Counted from the stretch's first letter, positions 1 through 9,128 are shown. The stretch is 41,271 nt of DNA from Candidatus Brocadiia bacterium (GCA_046538485.1 JBKHIT010000044.1:1-41271); one strand, 5' to 3'. Numbers and translations: made by a program. The notes: a model not told the origin generated them from the sequence alone.

Positions 1-72
1 CGTTTTTCTACTTAAATCGAAGAGGCAACTGTCCAATTCACGCTGAACCAGTACATCTCGGGCTCCGAACAT

Positions 73-275
73 GAGGTACGGCCCCACCCACGCAAGGTAG
101 GTGGTAGCCTTTTTGGGGGGAGCGGCCTGGTAGTGCAAAGGTACAGCCCCACCGACACGAGGTCGGTGGTAGCTCTTTTGGGGGAGCGGGGCCGATAGTG
201 CACAGGCGCAGCTCCTCGTAACACTTTTTCCCTTACCACCGGGTTCATCCCGGTGGGAGGGTACCTTTTGCACTA
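73..275 (-). repeat. REP-like family B cluster, inverted and diverged copy
   Basis: Hairpins CCACCGAC-ACGAG-GTCGGTGG and CCACCGGG-TTCAT-CCCGGTGG; the reverse complement aligns to parts of 3690-3940 and 10458-10776. Confidence 0.85.
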
Positions 276-324
276 CTGGCGCGTTGCCGGTCCGTAGTGC
301 AGAATGACACCAACGCCAGCAAAT

Positions 325-3300
325 TCAGTCCTTGTAGCGCCGCACCAGGACCTTCGGGGGATCGTAGGAGCGGTCGAGGATGATGAAGAACTGCTTATCC
401 ACATCCACTTCACTCTCTTCCAGATCACCGTCCCCGCTGGTATCTCTTCCGACGCGCGCCCGTCCGAGAATCGCCCAGACGTCCGTGCGGACGGTCACGA
501 GGTTATACATGAACCGTGCGAGAGCTTCGCGCCGAGCGGAGTTGGGAACGCTGGAGTCCGGATTCTCCGGCGACCCGCCATCGCCCACTTCGAATATTTT
601 AGGCACACGATTGAAAAAGTCATCCACGGAACTGAAGGGCCCGTTCGTATTTCGCTCGTCTTCAATCGCTGCAACCAGAGCCGACCGACGCGCAGCAGCA
701 TCGGCCCATAACGCCTGCAGCCTTTGTTGTTCAAAAAGAGCCGTGATTACTTGAGCAGGCGCCATATTGACGTTAATCTTTCCGCACAACCGGATCTCCG
801 GTCCCCCGCTATCGCCGTCGCCCGACCCATCATCATCGGCTGCTCCGTCACGGTCTTCATCCGCGCCGTTCTCGAACGGGCTGGTGGGACCGACGACGTA
901 ATCGAAGAAGTTCTTCGGGTACACCACATCGACGCCGGTCACAGGCGGATTTTCTGTGAGACTGAGCGTGCCCCATTCGACGCCGCTGGGGACAAACCCG
1001 AGGTAACCCGGCGAGGGGAGTTTACCGATATCCATCACCATGATCTCACCGGCCGCGCTGTACTCGGCGCCTCCTACATCGGCCGGTGGGAAACTGTGCA
1101 GCACGTTATCATCACCACTTCCCAGTTGATTCCACCGGTCGCCAGAAGGCACCTGACCCGTTCCCTGCCAGCTGCGGTTGAACCATGCCAGCTGTGTAGT
1201 ATCCTTTATCGAATCACTATGCCAACCCGGGGTCCCATCGTAGGTTCGATTCAGAATATTGACGGCCCCCCCCATGGCCCAGGCTCCATTTGTACCCACG
1301 AAGGCAAGAGTCCCGACACCGTCACCGTCAGGATCGCGCCACCGCCACCACGACGGTCGAGGATCGCCAATCTGGGTCGAAGTGGTCGCCGTTGTTACCC
1401 CGTCGCCATCGTCTTCGCCTGCATTGTCCTGCACCACAAACCGCATGACGGTCTGTCCGCTTCTTTTGAGGGTAAGCACCGTGGGGCTGCCATCGCTGGT
1501 GGCATAATCGTCTTTCACTGGAGGCGAAGTCTCTTTGGTCGGCCCGCCCGTAAACTCCTGCATACAATTGATTTCAGGCACTTGCATGTTACCCACGTCC
1601 CCGATTACATTCGCGAAGGGGCCTCCACTCAGCGCATTATCCACGATCAGGAAATGCCCACCGGCTGGAATCGTTTTATCCGGAAGTGTTATGTTCCGGG
1701 TCGGAGCCGATGTTGAATGCCATCCGTCGGGCTCACCATCCCCCGTCCAGTCTTCGAACTTCCACGTGCGCAAACCGGTTATTTCAATCGAATAATCGCT
1801 CAGATTTATAGGTTTGTTCCAGGGGTTGACCAATTTAATGTATTTCCCCCAACCGGTCGGCGGATAAAAAATCTCCGTGCCCGGCATCGTCTCCAACGTA
1901 TCCCAGGAACCATCTCCGCCATCGTAGAAACGCGTATCATCGTTGTCGTACTGTCCGTCCACACTTCCGTCATCTATCCAGATCTCTTCACCCGGATCAA
2001 AATTTGTATTTCCATTTGCATCATTGTACAGAAATTTCGCCGCTCGCCCGGGAGCTGACCCCGGATCCGAAATAGTTCCGTCGTTGGCCGGGCGGAACGG
2101 ATGCACTGAACTATCGATCCCCGCTTCCACCTCGGCGATGTACGGCGTGACTTCCACGCCCGCAAAATCGTAATTGCCGCCCCCCACAGTCAAACCCGTA
2201 GCATTTGTGGGTTCGGAATCGTCATCAAGCATATCGATCAAATTGAAGGCCACCTGCGTGAGGATAACCCTCTTTTGGTCATCTGTGGGGCTGGCGCCCG
2301 GCAATACGACGGCTTCGAGATCAAACAGGAAGTCCCGCAGGTTTTCGGCCAGCCAAACTTTCGTGCTATTGTCCGCCGTGTCCAGATTGGGCAAGCCGTT
2401 CTGCAGAGCGCGGCAAAGGTTCATATCTCCCCCCAGGGAATTCGTCAACATGGTCCCGTACTGCATAAACTCGTATCCCCCCAGATTCGACGCTGTGGTC
2501 AGGGTATTCGCAAAAGCATTACTACCACGTATCGACCGTGCCGCGAGAATTGTCCCGCCACTGCGTGTGGTGAAATATTGAAGACTATCCCCGGACAGCC
2601 CGCCGTCATCATGGAGCATACTGGTGGCCCGGCTCCCGACCACGCCCCAGAGCATATCCTGGAGATCCGTCGTGCCGAACGGTCGGTCGTACAGGTTCCC
2701 CGTGCTGGAATTGAATGCGGGATACTCCGGATCAAACTCCGTAGGTTCATCCACCGGATCGGTATCATCGCCATCGATTACCCCGCTGGCGTCAAAATCC
2801 ATATGGTCGTTGCCGAGCCGATCGTTGTCGGAATCGCCGGAAACGCCCGGGTCGGTGTCGCTTCCGTAGCGGCTTTCCCGGAGAGCTGTCACGCAGTCCG
2901 CAGCATCAGTGGCACTGACACCGAGGGATTCCAAGGTAGAGGCAAGATCAGCCTCGTGAGCGGAAAGTCCCTGCGCCTGGCCGTCGCCGGCGATGTTCAC
3001 ATCGAGACATCGTCCGCCGACGTCCACCCAGTAAAGCGCAAACTCGCCCATCTGATCCGTGCTTCCGCCCCAATCCGATCCCAGGGTGTTGAGTGCGTTC
3101 TTCCAGATCGCCCATTTGGCATCGTTGTCATTCACAACACCATCGTTGTTCGTATCTTTGATCGCAGCATCGTTGGTGCTGGCCTGGAACATCCGGTAGG
3201 TTTCCGCGCCGGGCAGCCATTCCTCATGCGGCGAATCGAAGCTTTCGTTGTCGCCGGCCAGAGCCGCATAGGTATAGCCGCACGGATAAACAGGATTAGT

Positions 3301-3579
3301 GACCGTGCCGCCACTCTCAGCGTCAAGTTTTTCAAAATCATACTGGAATTTGTTGGCGTCAGAACCGAATTTGTCGGTCTGCAGGATATCGACACAGTAG
3401 GCTTCGATGGCGGAGACGAATTCATCGATATTCTGTTCGGCTTGAAGATAACTGCTGGTGCGCAGTTCGACCCGGGAAATTATGGCAAGGGTTCCGGCCA
3501 GAAGCATAAGGACCGCCAGCAGGCCGACGACGATCACCAGGACGGTTCCGCGGCGTTTTCTGTCCCGTGAGAGTTTCAT
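325..3579 (-). CDS. Very large GspK/PilX-like minor (pseudo)pilin, 1084 aa, with Asp-rich segments, a lamin-tail-like domain and a C-terminal HhH/SAM-like region
   Basis: Class III signal RKRRG|TVLVIVVGLLAVL lacking Glu+5 (K/X type); YIKLVNPWNKPINLSDYSI...TIPAGGHFLIV (LTD-like); GKINVNMAP...ERNTNGPFSSVDDF; RBS AAGGAG; last gene of the G-H-I-J-K order. Confidence 0.8.
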   Translation of the reverse strand: MKLSRDRKRRGTVLVIVVGLLAVLMLLAGTLAIISRVELRTSSYLQAEQNIDEFVSAIEAYCVDILQTDKFGSDANKFQYDFEKLDAESGGTVTNPVYPCGYTYAALAGDNESFDSPHEEWLPGAETYRMFQASTNDAAIKDTNNDGVVNDNDAKWAIWKNALNTLGSDWGGSTDQMGEFALYWVDVGGRCLDVNIAGDGQAQGLSAHEADLASTLESLGVSATDAADCVTALRESRYGSDTDPGVSGDSDNDRLGNDHMDFDASGVIDGDDTDPVDEPTEFDPEYPAFNSSTGNLYDRPFGTTDLQDMLWGVVGSRATSMLHDDGGLSGDSLQYFTTRSGGTILAARSIRGSNAFANTLTTASNLGGYEFMQYGTMLTNSLGGDMNLCRALQNGLPNLDTADNSTKVWLAENLRDFLFDLEAVVLPGASPTDDQKRVILTQVAFNLIDMLDDDSEPTNATGLTVGGGNYDFAGVEVTPYIAEVEAGIDSSVHPFRPANDGTISDPGSAPGRAAKFLYNDANGNTNFDPGEEIWIDDGSVDGQYDNDDTRFYDGGDGSWDTLETMPGTEIFYPPTGWGKYIKLVNPWNKPINLSDYSIEITGLRTWKFEDWTGDGEPDGWHSTSAPTRNITLPDKTIPAGGHFLIVDNALSGGPFANVIGDVGNMQVPEINCMQEFTGGPTKETSPPVKDDYATSDGSPTVLTLKRSGQTVMRFVVQDNAGEDDGDGVTTATTSTQIGDPRPSWWRWRDPDGDGVGTLAFVGTNGAWAMGGAVNILNRTYDGTPGWHSDSIKDTTQLAWFNRSWQGTGQVPSGDRWNQLGSGDDNVLHSFPPADVGGAEYSAAGEIMVMDIGKLPSPGYLGFVPSGVEWGTLSLTENPPVTGVDVVYPKNFFDYVVGPTSPFENGADEDRDGAADDDGSGDGDSGGPEIRLCGKINVNMAPAQVITALFEQQRLQALWADAAARRSALVAAIEDERNTNGPFSSVDDFFNRVPKIFEVGDGGSPENPDSSVPNSARREALARFMYNLVTVRTDVWAILGRARVGRDTSGDGDLEESEVDVDKQFFIILDRSYDPPKVLVRRYKD

Positions 3580-3590
3580 AATTGTCTCCT

Positions 3591-4160
3591 TTAACGGCAG
3601 GGTTTAGTTGTTAGTTGCTGGTTCCTGGTTCCTGGTTGCTGGTTGACTGGAGCTGGTGAACAGATAACGGACTGGAGCAGGTTGTTGTTTGGTGCGGAGG
3701 TACCCTCCCACCGAGGTAAACTCGGTGGTAGGGTGCGGCGGGTCCGGGGCGTCGAATCAGGCACTGACTTTTTGCAGGCTACCGCTGACCCTGTGTCACC
3801 GGGGCTATCGTTCTGCATGAGGGACGCATTCTTCCGCAAAAAAGCTACCACTGACCTTGTGTCAGTGGAGCTGTACTTCTGCACTAAAGAGCCACGCACA
3901 CCAAAAAGGTTACCACCGACCTTGTGTGACCGTACTTCGTGTGGGAAGCAAAACCTCCGGGCGGAGCGTTTTGGAATGCCATGCACTGGTGCCGGTTTCG
4001 ATGTGTTGCATCCGGCGGCCAGGAGCATTCTCTGCATAACGGGGATGTTTACGGATCCGACGCGTGCGGTGCCCCGCGCGCCAACGGCGCGCTCTGGAGT
4101 GCGGTGTGTTGCGCCGCATGGCGCACTCACCGCTATGCCGTTTATTCTTTTCAGTCTCAT
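3591..4160 (-). CDS. Putative repeat-encoded bridge ORF (189 aa) between RAYT and the K-type pilin
   Basis: AAGGTG-N5-ATG 19 nt after the RAYT stop; open through repeats A0 and B; stops 11 nt before the next ATG; translation unproven. Confidence 0.3.
   Translation of the reverse strand: MRLKRINGIAVSAPCGATHRTPERAVGARGTARVGSVNIPVMQRMLLAAGCNTSKPAPVHGIPKRSARRFCFPHEVRSHKVGGNLFGVRGSLVQKYSSTDTRSVVAFLRKNASLMQNDSPGDTGSAVACKKSVPDSTPRTRRTLPPSLPRWEGTSAPNNNLLQSVICSPAPVNQQPGTRNQQLTTKPCR
3604..3645. repeat. Tandem heptamer repeat, 6 units
   Basis: TTAGTTG x2, CTGGTTC x2, CTGGTTG x2. Confidence 0.8.
3665..4002 (+). repeat. REP-like family B cluster, direct repeat copy 1
   Basis: Near-identical to 10431-10840 except a 66 bp and a 6 bp indel and a few substitutions; hairpins CCACCGAG-GTAAA-CTCGGTGG and CCACTGAC-CTTGT-GTCAGTGG. 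Confidence 0.95.
4003..4142 (+). repeat. Family A half element A0 (spacer plus right REP)
   Basis: GCGCGCCAACGGCGCGC hairpin then TGGAGTGCGGTG...CTCACCGCTATGCCGTT; left REP absent, abuts family B. Confidence 0.85.
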
Positions 4161-4179
4161 CGGAGCACCTTAAAACGAT

Positions 4180-4716
4180 TCAGAAATTATCCGGCACTTT
4201 CACCCTATCGATCTTGAAACTGTCAAGCGTTCTACGGAAAGCCGAAGTTGCGTTGTCCTCAAACCACCGTGCTGAACACCAGCGATACTGCAGAGGATCG
4301 TCGGCCTTTTCGTGTTTCACTGGATTGTTATGAACATATTTCAGTCTGGAAAAATATGACTTCTGCGATGTTATGCGAGTGTCCCAGTAATTACTCCACA
4401 CTTTGCGGCCCTCTTCTCCATCCCACCCATTGCATTTTCTGGCCGTCTCTCTGTGCAACAACGATATCAAATCTCTCAGGCTCGCCGGGTTTTGTTCGCA
4501 TAAGCCGATGAAATGATAATGGTTTTCAAATACCGTCCATGCCTGGAGCTGCCAACCATAATCTTTGCTGGTCGAGAATAACATGTCGTGGAGATAATTA
4601 AGTCTTTCCGGACCACGGAATACCGGTTTTTTCCGATATGTGCTGCCGGTAACGATATAAACACCGGCATCACCCAGTTTGTGAACCGGAGCATGATGCC
4701 AATCCGTGGTTTTCAT
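4180..4716 (-). CDS. rayT: REP-associated tyrosine transposase (RAYT / TnpA-REP, HUH Y1 family)
   Basis: YIVTGSTYRKKPVF, HUH motif NHYH, catalytic Tyr in YVHNNPVKH, YRWCSA; 178 aa; flanked by REP hairpins; no tnpB adjacent. Confidence 0.93.
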   Translation of the reverse strand: MKTTDWHHAPVHKLGDAGVYIVTGSTYRKKPVFRGPERLNYLHDMLFSTSKDYGWQLQAWTVFENHYHFIGLCEQNPASLRDLISLLHRETARKCNGWDGEEGRKVWSNYWDTRITSQKSYFSRLKYVHNNPVKHEKADDPLQYRWCSARWFEDNATSAFRRTLDSFKIDRVKVPDNF

Positions 4717-4728
4717 TCTATTTGCACC

Positions 4729-5019
4729 TCAGTTAGAGCTTAGAAACGACAACGGCAACAGCGAACGGCAACAACGAACGACATAGCGGTGAAGAATCAC
4801 CGCACTCCATAGCCGGCTTCGCCGGCGGGGTTCATACATGCGCTGGTTTTTGCCGCTTGGTTCGGCACGGGACATTTCCCGGAACCCCGGGATGTTTACG
4901 GAACCGGCCCGTGTGCTGAGCCGCGCGCCCGCGGCGCGCTGTGGAGTGCGGTGTGTTAAAACGGGGCTACCCGTTTTACTCACCGCTATGTCGTTCCGGA
5001 ATATGTGAGTTCTCATCAT
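4729..5019 (-). CDS. Putative repeat-encoded bridge ORF (96 aa) upstream of RAYT
   Basis: GGAG-N7-ATG; open through A1; its TGA lies within the RAYT RBS (TGAGGTG); translation unproven. Confidence 0.3.
   Translation of the reverse strand: MMRTHIFRNDIAVSKTGSPVLTHRTPQRAAGARLSTRAGSVNIPGFREMSRAEPSGKNQRMYEPRRRSRLWSAVILHRYVVRCCRSLLPLSFLSSN
4776..4996 (+). repeat. REPIN-like family A element A1 (inverted REP doublet, spacer type Z)
   Basis: Perfect 17 bp terminal inverted repeat GAACGACATAGCGGTGA / TCACCGCTATGTCGTTC; inner CACCGCACTCCA / TGGAGTGCGGTG. Confidence 0.92.
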
Positions 5020-5167
5020 CTTCCATCTCCGCGTTACCACACGCTTAAGAGCCGTTCACTACCGACTCGCCGTCACTCTCTCAACTCCGTTCTTTCCGTC
5101 GAAGATTCGCCCGTACGGCGAATTAACTCTTAGCTTTCTCCAGTCTGTTACTCAGACTCATATCTCA

Positions 5168-6019
5168 CTACGGTATTTCCACCAACCGCCGGATCACCAG
5201 CGGGTTGCGTTCCTCTTCCTGCAAACCACCTTCGGAGCCCACGATTTCCATGGTAATTTCGACTATGTCCGGCTCCCCCGCATTTTGTTGTTCCGTTGGC
5301 CCCGTAATACTATCCCAACTTTGATACCATGTGTCAGTACTCTGTAGATAATACCGCACCCGAAACTGACGGAATCCAAAAGCTACTGTGTAACTATCTT
5401 CTGAGGAATTCACACCTTCAAGCACATCCCCTGGCGTCCCAGCTGCGAGCAAAAAATGTTCATCGAGATCGCTGGCGTTAGGATCCGCATCGGTGCTGTC
5501 ATCGTCATTATCACCATCGTAGCCAGGCAATTGGATTCGTATTAGCTTGTAAGGGGTCGGATCAGCGTGGCTGTCTGTATCCGGTACTACATAGTAAATG
5601 ACTCGCCAAGGTTCAGCGCCGTCAGCCCCATTCGTTGTAAAAAATTCCAGGCCATTTTCTTCTTGGCCACCAGTATTGTCGAATTCATCGTAATCGTCGG
5701 TAAAATCACCATTAGCATTGTTATCCACTCGGTACGAAGTAGAATTCCCGGAATCGACTCCCAGGAAAACGGCGCCTGATTCCGTTGAAGGTTTCAGAAG
5801 TTCGCTAAGATCATCGTCTATCAATTTCACCGCCGCATGTCCGTTATGCATGGCATCGATTGTGGAGCGGGAATGTTTGAAGACGGCGGTGCCCTGGCTG
5901 AAGGCCACGACGACGACGCTCATGATGATGGCACCGAGCGCCACCGCTACCAGCATCTCAACCAGCGTGAAAGCGGAGCGTCTTTTCGGTTGTTTTCTTT
6001 CTTGTCTCCGTGCGATCAT
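5168..6019 (-). CDS. Minor pilin, GspJ/PilW-like
   Basis: RSA|FTLVEMLVAVALGAIIM methylation motif; C-terminal FRVRYY...WDS...PDIVEITM typical of J-type; RBS AGGAGGAGG before the ATG at 6019. Confidence 0.85.
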   Translation of the reverse strand: MIARRQERKQPKRRSAFTLVEMLVAVALGAIIMSVVVVAFSQGTAVFKHSRSTIDAMHNGHAAVKLIDDDLSELLKPSTESGAVFLGVDSGNSTSYRVDNNANGDFTDDYDEFDNTGGQEENGLEFFTTNGADGAEPWRVIYYVVPDTDSHADPTPYKLIRIQLPGYDGDNDDDSTDADPNASDLDEHFLLAAGTPGDVLEGVNSSEDSYTVAFGFRQFRVRYYLQSTDTWYQSWDSITGPTEQQNAGEPDIVEITMEIVGSEGGLQEEERNPLVIRRLVEIP

Positions 6020-6046
6020 CGGGTCCGTCCTCCTCCTGTCCACGGG

Positions 6047-6946
6047 TTACGGATTGATTGTCGAACTGTACAGGGCCACGAGATGATGTCGACTCGCGAT
6101 CTCGACCGTATGTCCGGTCAGCTGTCCTCCATCGTCCAGTGTCGGATTCTTGAACGCCCTGACAAGCCGCACGCGGCTGTTGCTCTGGTCGATGGCGGCA
6201 ATTCTGTACCAGATGCCCACCTCCGTACTTCTAAGATAATCCTGGGCGCGGATTTCATCCCAATCAGGGTCTGTTGTGAACTCGACCCACTGACTATCCT
6301 GGGTGAACGTCGCACTTCCAGAATCATCTTCGATCTTGTAGTTTCTCCACACGGCGACCTGAACGTTCCAGTTTGTGTCTTGTTTAATTCCATTTTCAGC
6401 GTACGGATCGTCTCCGGGCGCTGGCCCGTTCTCATCTGACTTACCATCCCCATCATCATCAAAAGGAACCGGCGTTAACGTAGCCGTCCATCCATAGTCG
6501 GGGTTCTCCGGGCATTTAACATAGTCCGACCCATCCAGATCCGAATCGGTGTGAACAGCATCGGGGTAAATCTGGAACGTCGGATTCATATTCCCGTGGC
6601 CTCTTGTCTCTGTCGAACAGAAATCATGCAGCGCAGCACACATGTTATCCCAGGGCTGGTCACCAAGAGTTTTAGTTTTTCCGTTTGAAAACTGCCCCCT
6701 ACCGTAACCATCGGAAAGATGCAGTGAATACTGTTTCAAGCTCACGATAGCGCTTCTCCCGATCGAATCCGCCACGTAGCGGTTCTTTGCGGTCGTGACG
6801 TTTCGTATCGCGAGGGGGAATATGGCGCAAATGCCCATCATACCGACGGCGAGGATACCGATCGCGATCAGGATCTCCACCAGCGTGAAACCCAGTCGGG
6901 CGTTTTCTTGCCCATCTCTCTTGTGGCTCGTGAAAAACCGTACCAT
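6047..6946 (-). CDS. Minor pilin, GspI/PilV-like
   Basis: RLG|FTLVEILIAIGILAVGMMGICAIFP; RBS AAGGAG before the ATG at 6946 (alternative ATG at 6970 overlaps the upstream TGA). Confidence 0.85.
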   Translation of the reverse strand: MVRFFTSHKRDGQENARLGFTLVEILIAIGILAVGMMGICAIFPLAIRNVTTAKNRYVADSIGRSAIVSLKQYSLHLSDGYGRGQFSNGKTKTLGDQPWDNMCAALHDFCSTETRGHGNMNPTFQIYPDAVHTDSDLDGSDYVKCPENPDYGWTATLTPVPFDDDGDGKSDENGPAPGDDPYAENGIKQDTNWNVQVAVWRNYKIEDDSGSATFTQDSQWVEFTTDPDWDEIRAQDYLRSTEVGIWYRIAAIDQSNSRVRLVRAFKNPTLDDGGQLTGHTVEIASRHHLVALYSSTINP

Positions 6947-6966
6947 TTCGTTTTTCTCCTTCTCGA

Positions 6967-7773
6967 TCATTCTTCGACGGAGCGTGTCATACCACTCGCA
7001 TACGTCACGTCGATCCGGACGATCTTCTCCCTGGCGTTGTCCGAGAGCCAGACCGACCAGTTGCAGGCTTCGCCCTGCGGGTTCCATTCGTGGAACGGAT
7101 CCTCATCGATGATTCCGTCTCCATCGTCATCAGTGCCCGGCATATCTTCATCTATGTCGCCGTCGCCATCATCATCATCGTCCCCATCCCCATCGGCATC
7201 CCCGGCCGGATCTTCATCTATGGAGCCGTCGCTATCATCATCAATTCCATCGACGGCATTGGGGTCTATACCATCTTCGTCAGTCGAACCATCACCATCG
7301 ACATCCCAGCCCCCCCCGCCGGGCCAGGCCTCAGCGAGCAACCCTCCCGATCGCGTGAACACAATTGCCCGGGAGATCTCATTGTTTTTCGGCGGGGAGG
7401 GAGACTTGGCTCTGATTGTGCATCCGCTCCGCGTCGGGTAGACCGGGAATTTGCAGCCGGATGGTAGATATTGAACTTTACCAATCGCGCCAAGGTCTGC
7501 GACCGTATTGCCGGCGTAAGCTCTCACGGAGCTTTCCTCTTTATCGAACAGCACGACCGTCTGCCGTCCGTGCAGCACGGCATAACTGCGCGCCTGGTAG
7601 AGCATCGATTTGACGATGCGCGCGCCACCGCGCAGGGCGCGACCTTCCAGCATCGGCATCATCGCCGCCACGCTCATAGCCGCCACAAGCGTGATGATAG
7701 CAATCACCACCAGCAGTTCCGTGAGCGTGAACGCACGGGCGGGAGGGCGACGGGGTATCTTTGGATTTTTCAT
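6967..7773 (-). CDS. Minor pilin, GspH/FimT-like, with Asp-rich repeat insert
   Basis: ARA|FTLTELLVVIAII...LYQARSYAV; IVFTRSG; repeated DGxDDDxDGxIDED; GGAG RBS before the ATG at 7773. Confidence 0.85.
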   Translation of the reverse strand: MKNPKIPRRPPARAFTLTELLVVIAIITLVAAMSVAAMMPMLEGRALRGGARIVKSMLYQARSYAVLHGRQTVVLFDKEESSVRAYAGNTVADLGAIGKVQYLPSGCKFPVYPTRSGCTIRAKSPSPPKNNEISRAIVFTRSGGLLAEAWPGGGGWDVDGDGSTDEDGIDPNAVDGIDDDSDGSIDEDPAGDADGDGDDDDDGDGDIDEDMPGTDDDGDGIIDEDPFHEWNPQGEACNWSVWLSDNAREKIVRIDVTYASGMTRSVEE

Positions 7774-7774
7774 G

Positions 7775-8050
7775 TCAGTCTCCAGGGGGAAAAGTGAAAG
7801 CGGTGCTCCGTCCGCCTTTGGGCGGACTCCCCACCGCACTCCAAAGCCGGCTTCGCCGGCAAGGTTCATGCATAGGCTGAGTGTTGTTCCATCCTGCGGC
7901 GGAGAAGAATTTCCGTAACTCGGCGATGTCGACGGAACCGGCGGGTGCGGTGTGCCGCGCGCCAACGGCGCGCTGTGGAGTGCGGTGTGTTAAAACGGGG
8001 CTACCCGTTTTACTCACCGCTGTGCCGTTCTGGAACGTGTCATAATTCAT
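7775..8050 (-). CDS. Putative repeat-encoded bridge ORF (91 aa)
   Basis: GGAG-N7-ATG; ATGA overlap with the upstream repeat ORF; TGA 1 nt before the pilin ATG; translation unproven. Confidence 0.3.
   Translation of the reverse strand: MNYDTFQNGTAVSKTGSPVLTHRTPQRAVGARHTAPAGSVDIAELRKFFSAAGWNNTQPMHEPCRRSRLWSAVGSPPKGGRSTAFTFPPGD
7797..8030 (+). repeat. Family A element A2 (long left REP, spacer X)
   Basis: AAAGCGGTG-CTCC-GTCCGCC-TTTG-GGCGGAC-TCCC-CACCGCACTCCA ... TGGAGTGCGGTG-TGTTAAAACGGGGCTACCCGTTTTAC-TCACCGC. Confidence 0.92.
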
Positions 8051-8346
8051 ATCATTTCTCCATAACGACAACGGAGAACGACGAACAAGAACAACGAACG
8101 ACAACAACATAGCGGTGAAGAATCACCGCACTCCATAGCCGGCTGCCGCCGGCGGGGTTCAGATATGGGCTGATATTTGTTGCATCCCGCGGCAAGCAAC
8201 ATTTTCAGGACCCCCGGGATGTCGGTGGAACGGGCCCGGCCAATGTCCCGCGCGCCCACGGCGCGCTGTGGAGTGCGGTGTGTTAAAACGGGGCTACCCG
8301 TTTTACTCACCGCTGTGTCGTTCTGGAACGCTTTACCTCTCATCAT
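8047..8346 (-). CDS. Putative repeat-encoded bridge ORF (99 aa)
   Basis: GGAG-N7-ATG; ends in an ATGA overlap with the next repeat ORF; translation unproven. Confidence 0.3.
   Translation of the reverse strand: MMRGKAFQNDTAVSKTGSPVLTHRTPQRAVGARDIGRARSTDIPGVLKMLLAAGCNKYQPISEPRRRQPAMECGDSSPLCCCRSLFLFVVLRCRYGEMI
8107..8323 (+). repeat. Family A element A3 (short left REP, spacer Y)
   Basis: CATAGCGGTGAAGAATCACCGCACTCCA ... TGGAGTGCGGTG...TCACCGCTGTGTCGTTC. Confidence 0.92.
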
Positions 8347-8446
8347 CTCTCATCTCCGCATTACTACCGACTATCTACTACCGACTCCTTTTCCAATCCG
8401 TTACTCCATTCACTTTCACCCGCCTCAGGCGGTCTCAACTCTAAAC

Positions 8447-9013
8447 TCAATTCCCCCCCCCTCCGCGTCTCACCCAGTTGACGATATCGTCGCCGACGTT
8501 TTTCGGGTTTTCGCTCGTGGGATTATGGTTTGGCGGTGTATCATCGGTCCCATTCGGTCCCAACGACCAGATATCGAGGTCGGGCCGATTAAAACCACCT
8601 TTCAATATCCTGATCGGATTCTCCCAGGGATCCACAACCTGCGGGTCGCCGCCGCTGTCCTCCTGGATCGCCGCGCCGGTGGTGCCTTCGGCTTTCCCGC
8701 CGGTATCGGCTTCCATCAGGATACGGGCCACGGTTTCATTCGGAATCAGACCGCTTCCCCCGGCCGTTGGCCAGCTTCCGTAAAGATCGCGATATTCTTC
8801 GAGGGCCGTTTCGGTGCGTTGAAGGAGCATATAGGTGTTGTCACGTTTCGCTCTTTCGCGCACCTGATGGCTTGCGGCCAGAATCATCCCGGCCAGCATG
8901 CCGATGATCGCCACAACGACCAGAATCTCAATCAGTGTGAATCCCCCGCGGGCGGTGTCCGCAGAGCAGCGCTGGGATTCGGGAGCAGGATTTGTTTGAT
9001 TACCGGATCTCAT
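8447..9013 (-). CDS. GspG-like major (pseudo)pilin 2
   Basis: RGG|FTLIEILVVVAIIGMLAGMIL; DPWENP, DIWSLGPNG, GDDIVNW (T2SS G-type C-terminus); RBS GGAGG. Confidence 0.9.
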   Translation of the reverse strand: MRSGNQTNPAPESQRCSADTARGGFTLIEILVVVAIIGMLAGMILAASHQVRERAKRDNTYMLLQRTETALEEYRDLYGSWPTAGGSGLIPNETVARILMEADTGGKAEGTTGAAIQEDSGGDPQVVDPWENPIRILKGGFNRPDLDIWSLGPNGTDDTPPNHNPTSENPKNVGDDIVNWVRRGGGGN

Positions 9014-9040
9014 GTGTCTTCCTCCGCGAGGGCTGTGTTT

Positions 9041-9128
9041 CCAAACATACGAGAAGAATCAAGATTATCGGTTGCTTCGGCTTTGTTTATAGCGCGGGCA
9101 CTACCTTTGTGACGGCACAGAAGTGAAA
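9041..9128 (+). repeat. 88 bp linker repeat E, copy 1
   Basis: Colinear and similar to 10856-10943 (GAGAA.AATCAAGAT.ATCGGTTG.TTCGGCTTTGT...CAGAAGTGAAA). Confidence 0.75.

Larger units (their letters stand above)
3656..5160 (-). mobile_element. RAYT-containing REP module (motif D - B cluster - half A - RAYT - REPIN A - motif D)
   Basis: Bounded by inverted copies of motif D (3656-3677 GTGAACAGATAACGGACTGGAG; 5138-5160 CTCCAGTCTGTTACTCAGACTCA); same layout as 10419-11382. Confidence 0.55.

Noticed and set aside
304..3570. Long plus-strand ORFs (304-711, 724-1716, 2275-3570)
   Set aside because: Antisense shadows of the K-type pilin gene; no recognisable motifs.
4180..4716. IS200/IS605 insertion sequence
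   Set aside because: Motifs (YVHNNPVKH, YRWCS) and multiple flanking REPs fit RAYT; no tnpB.
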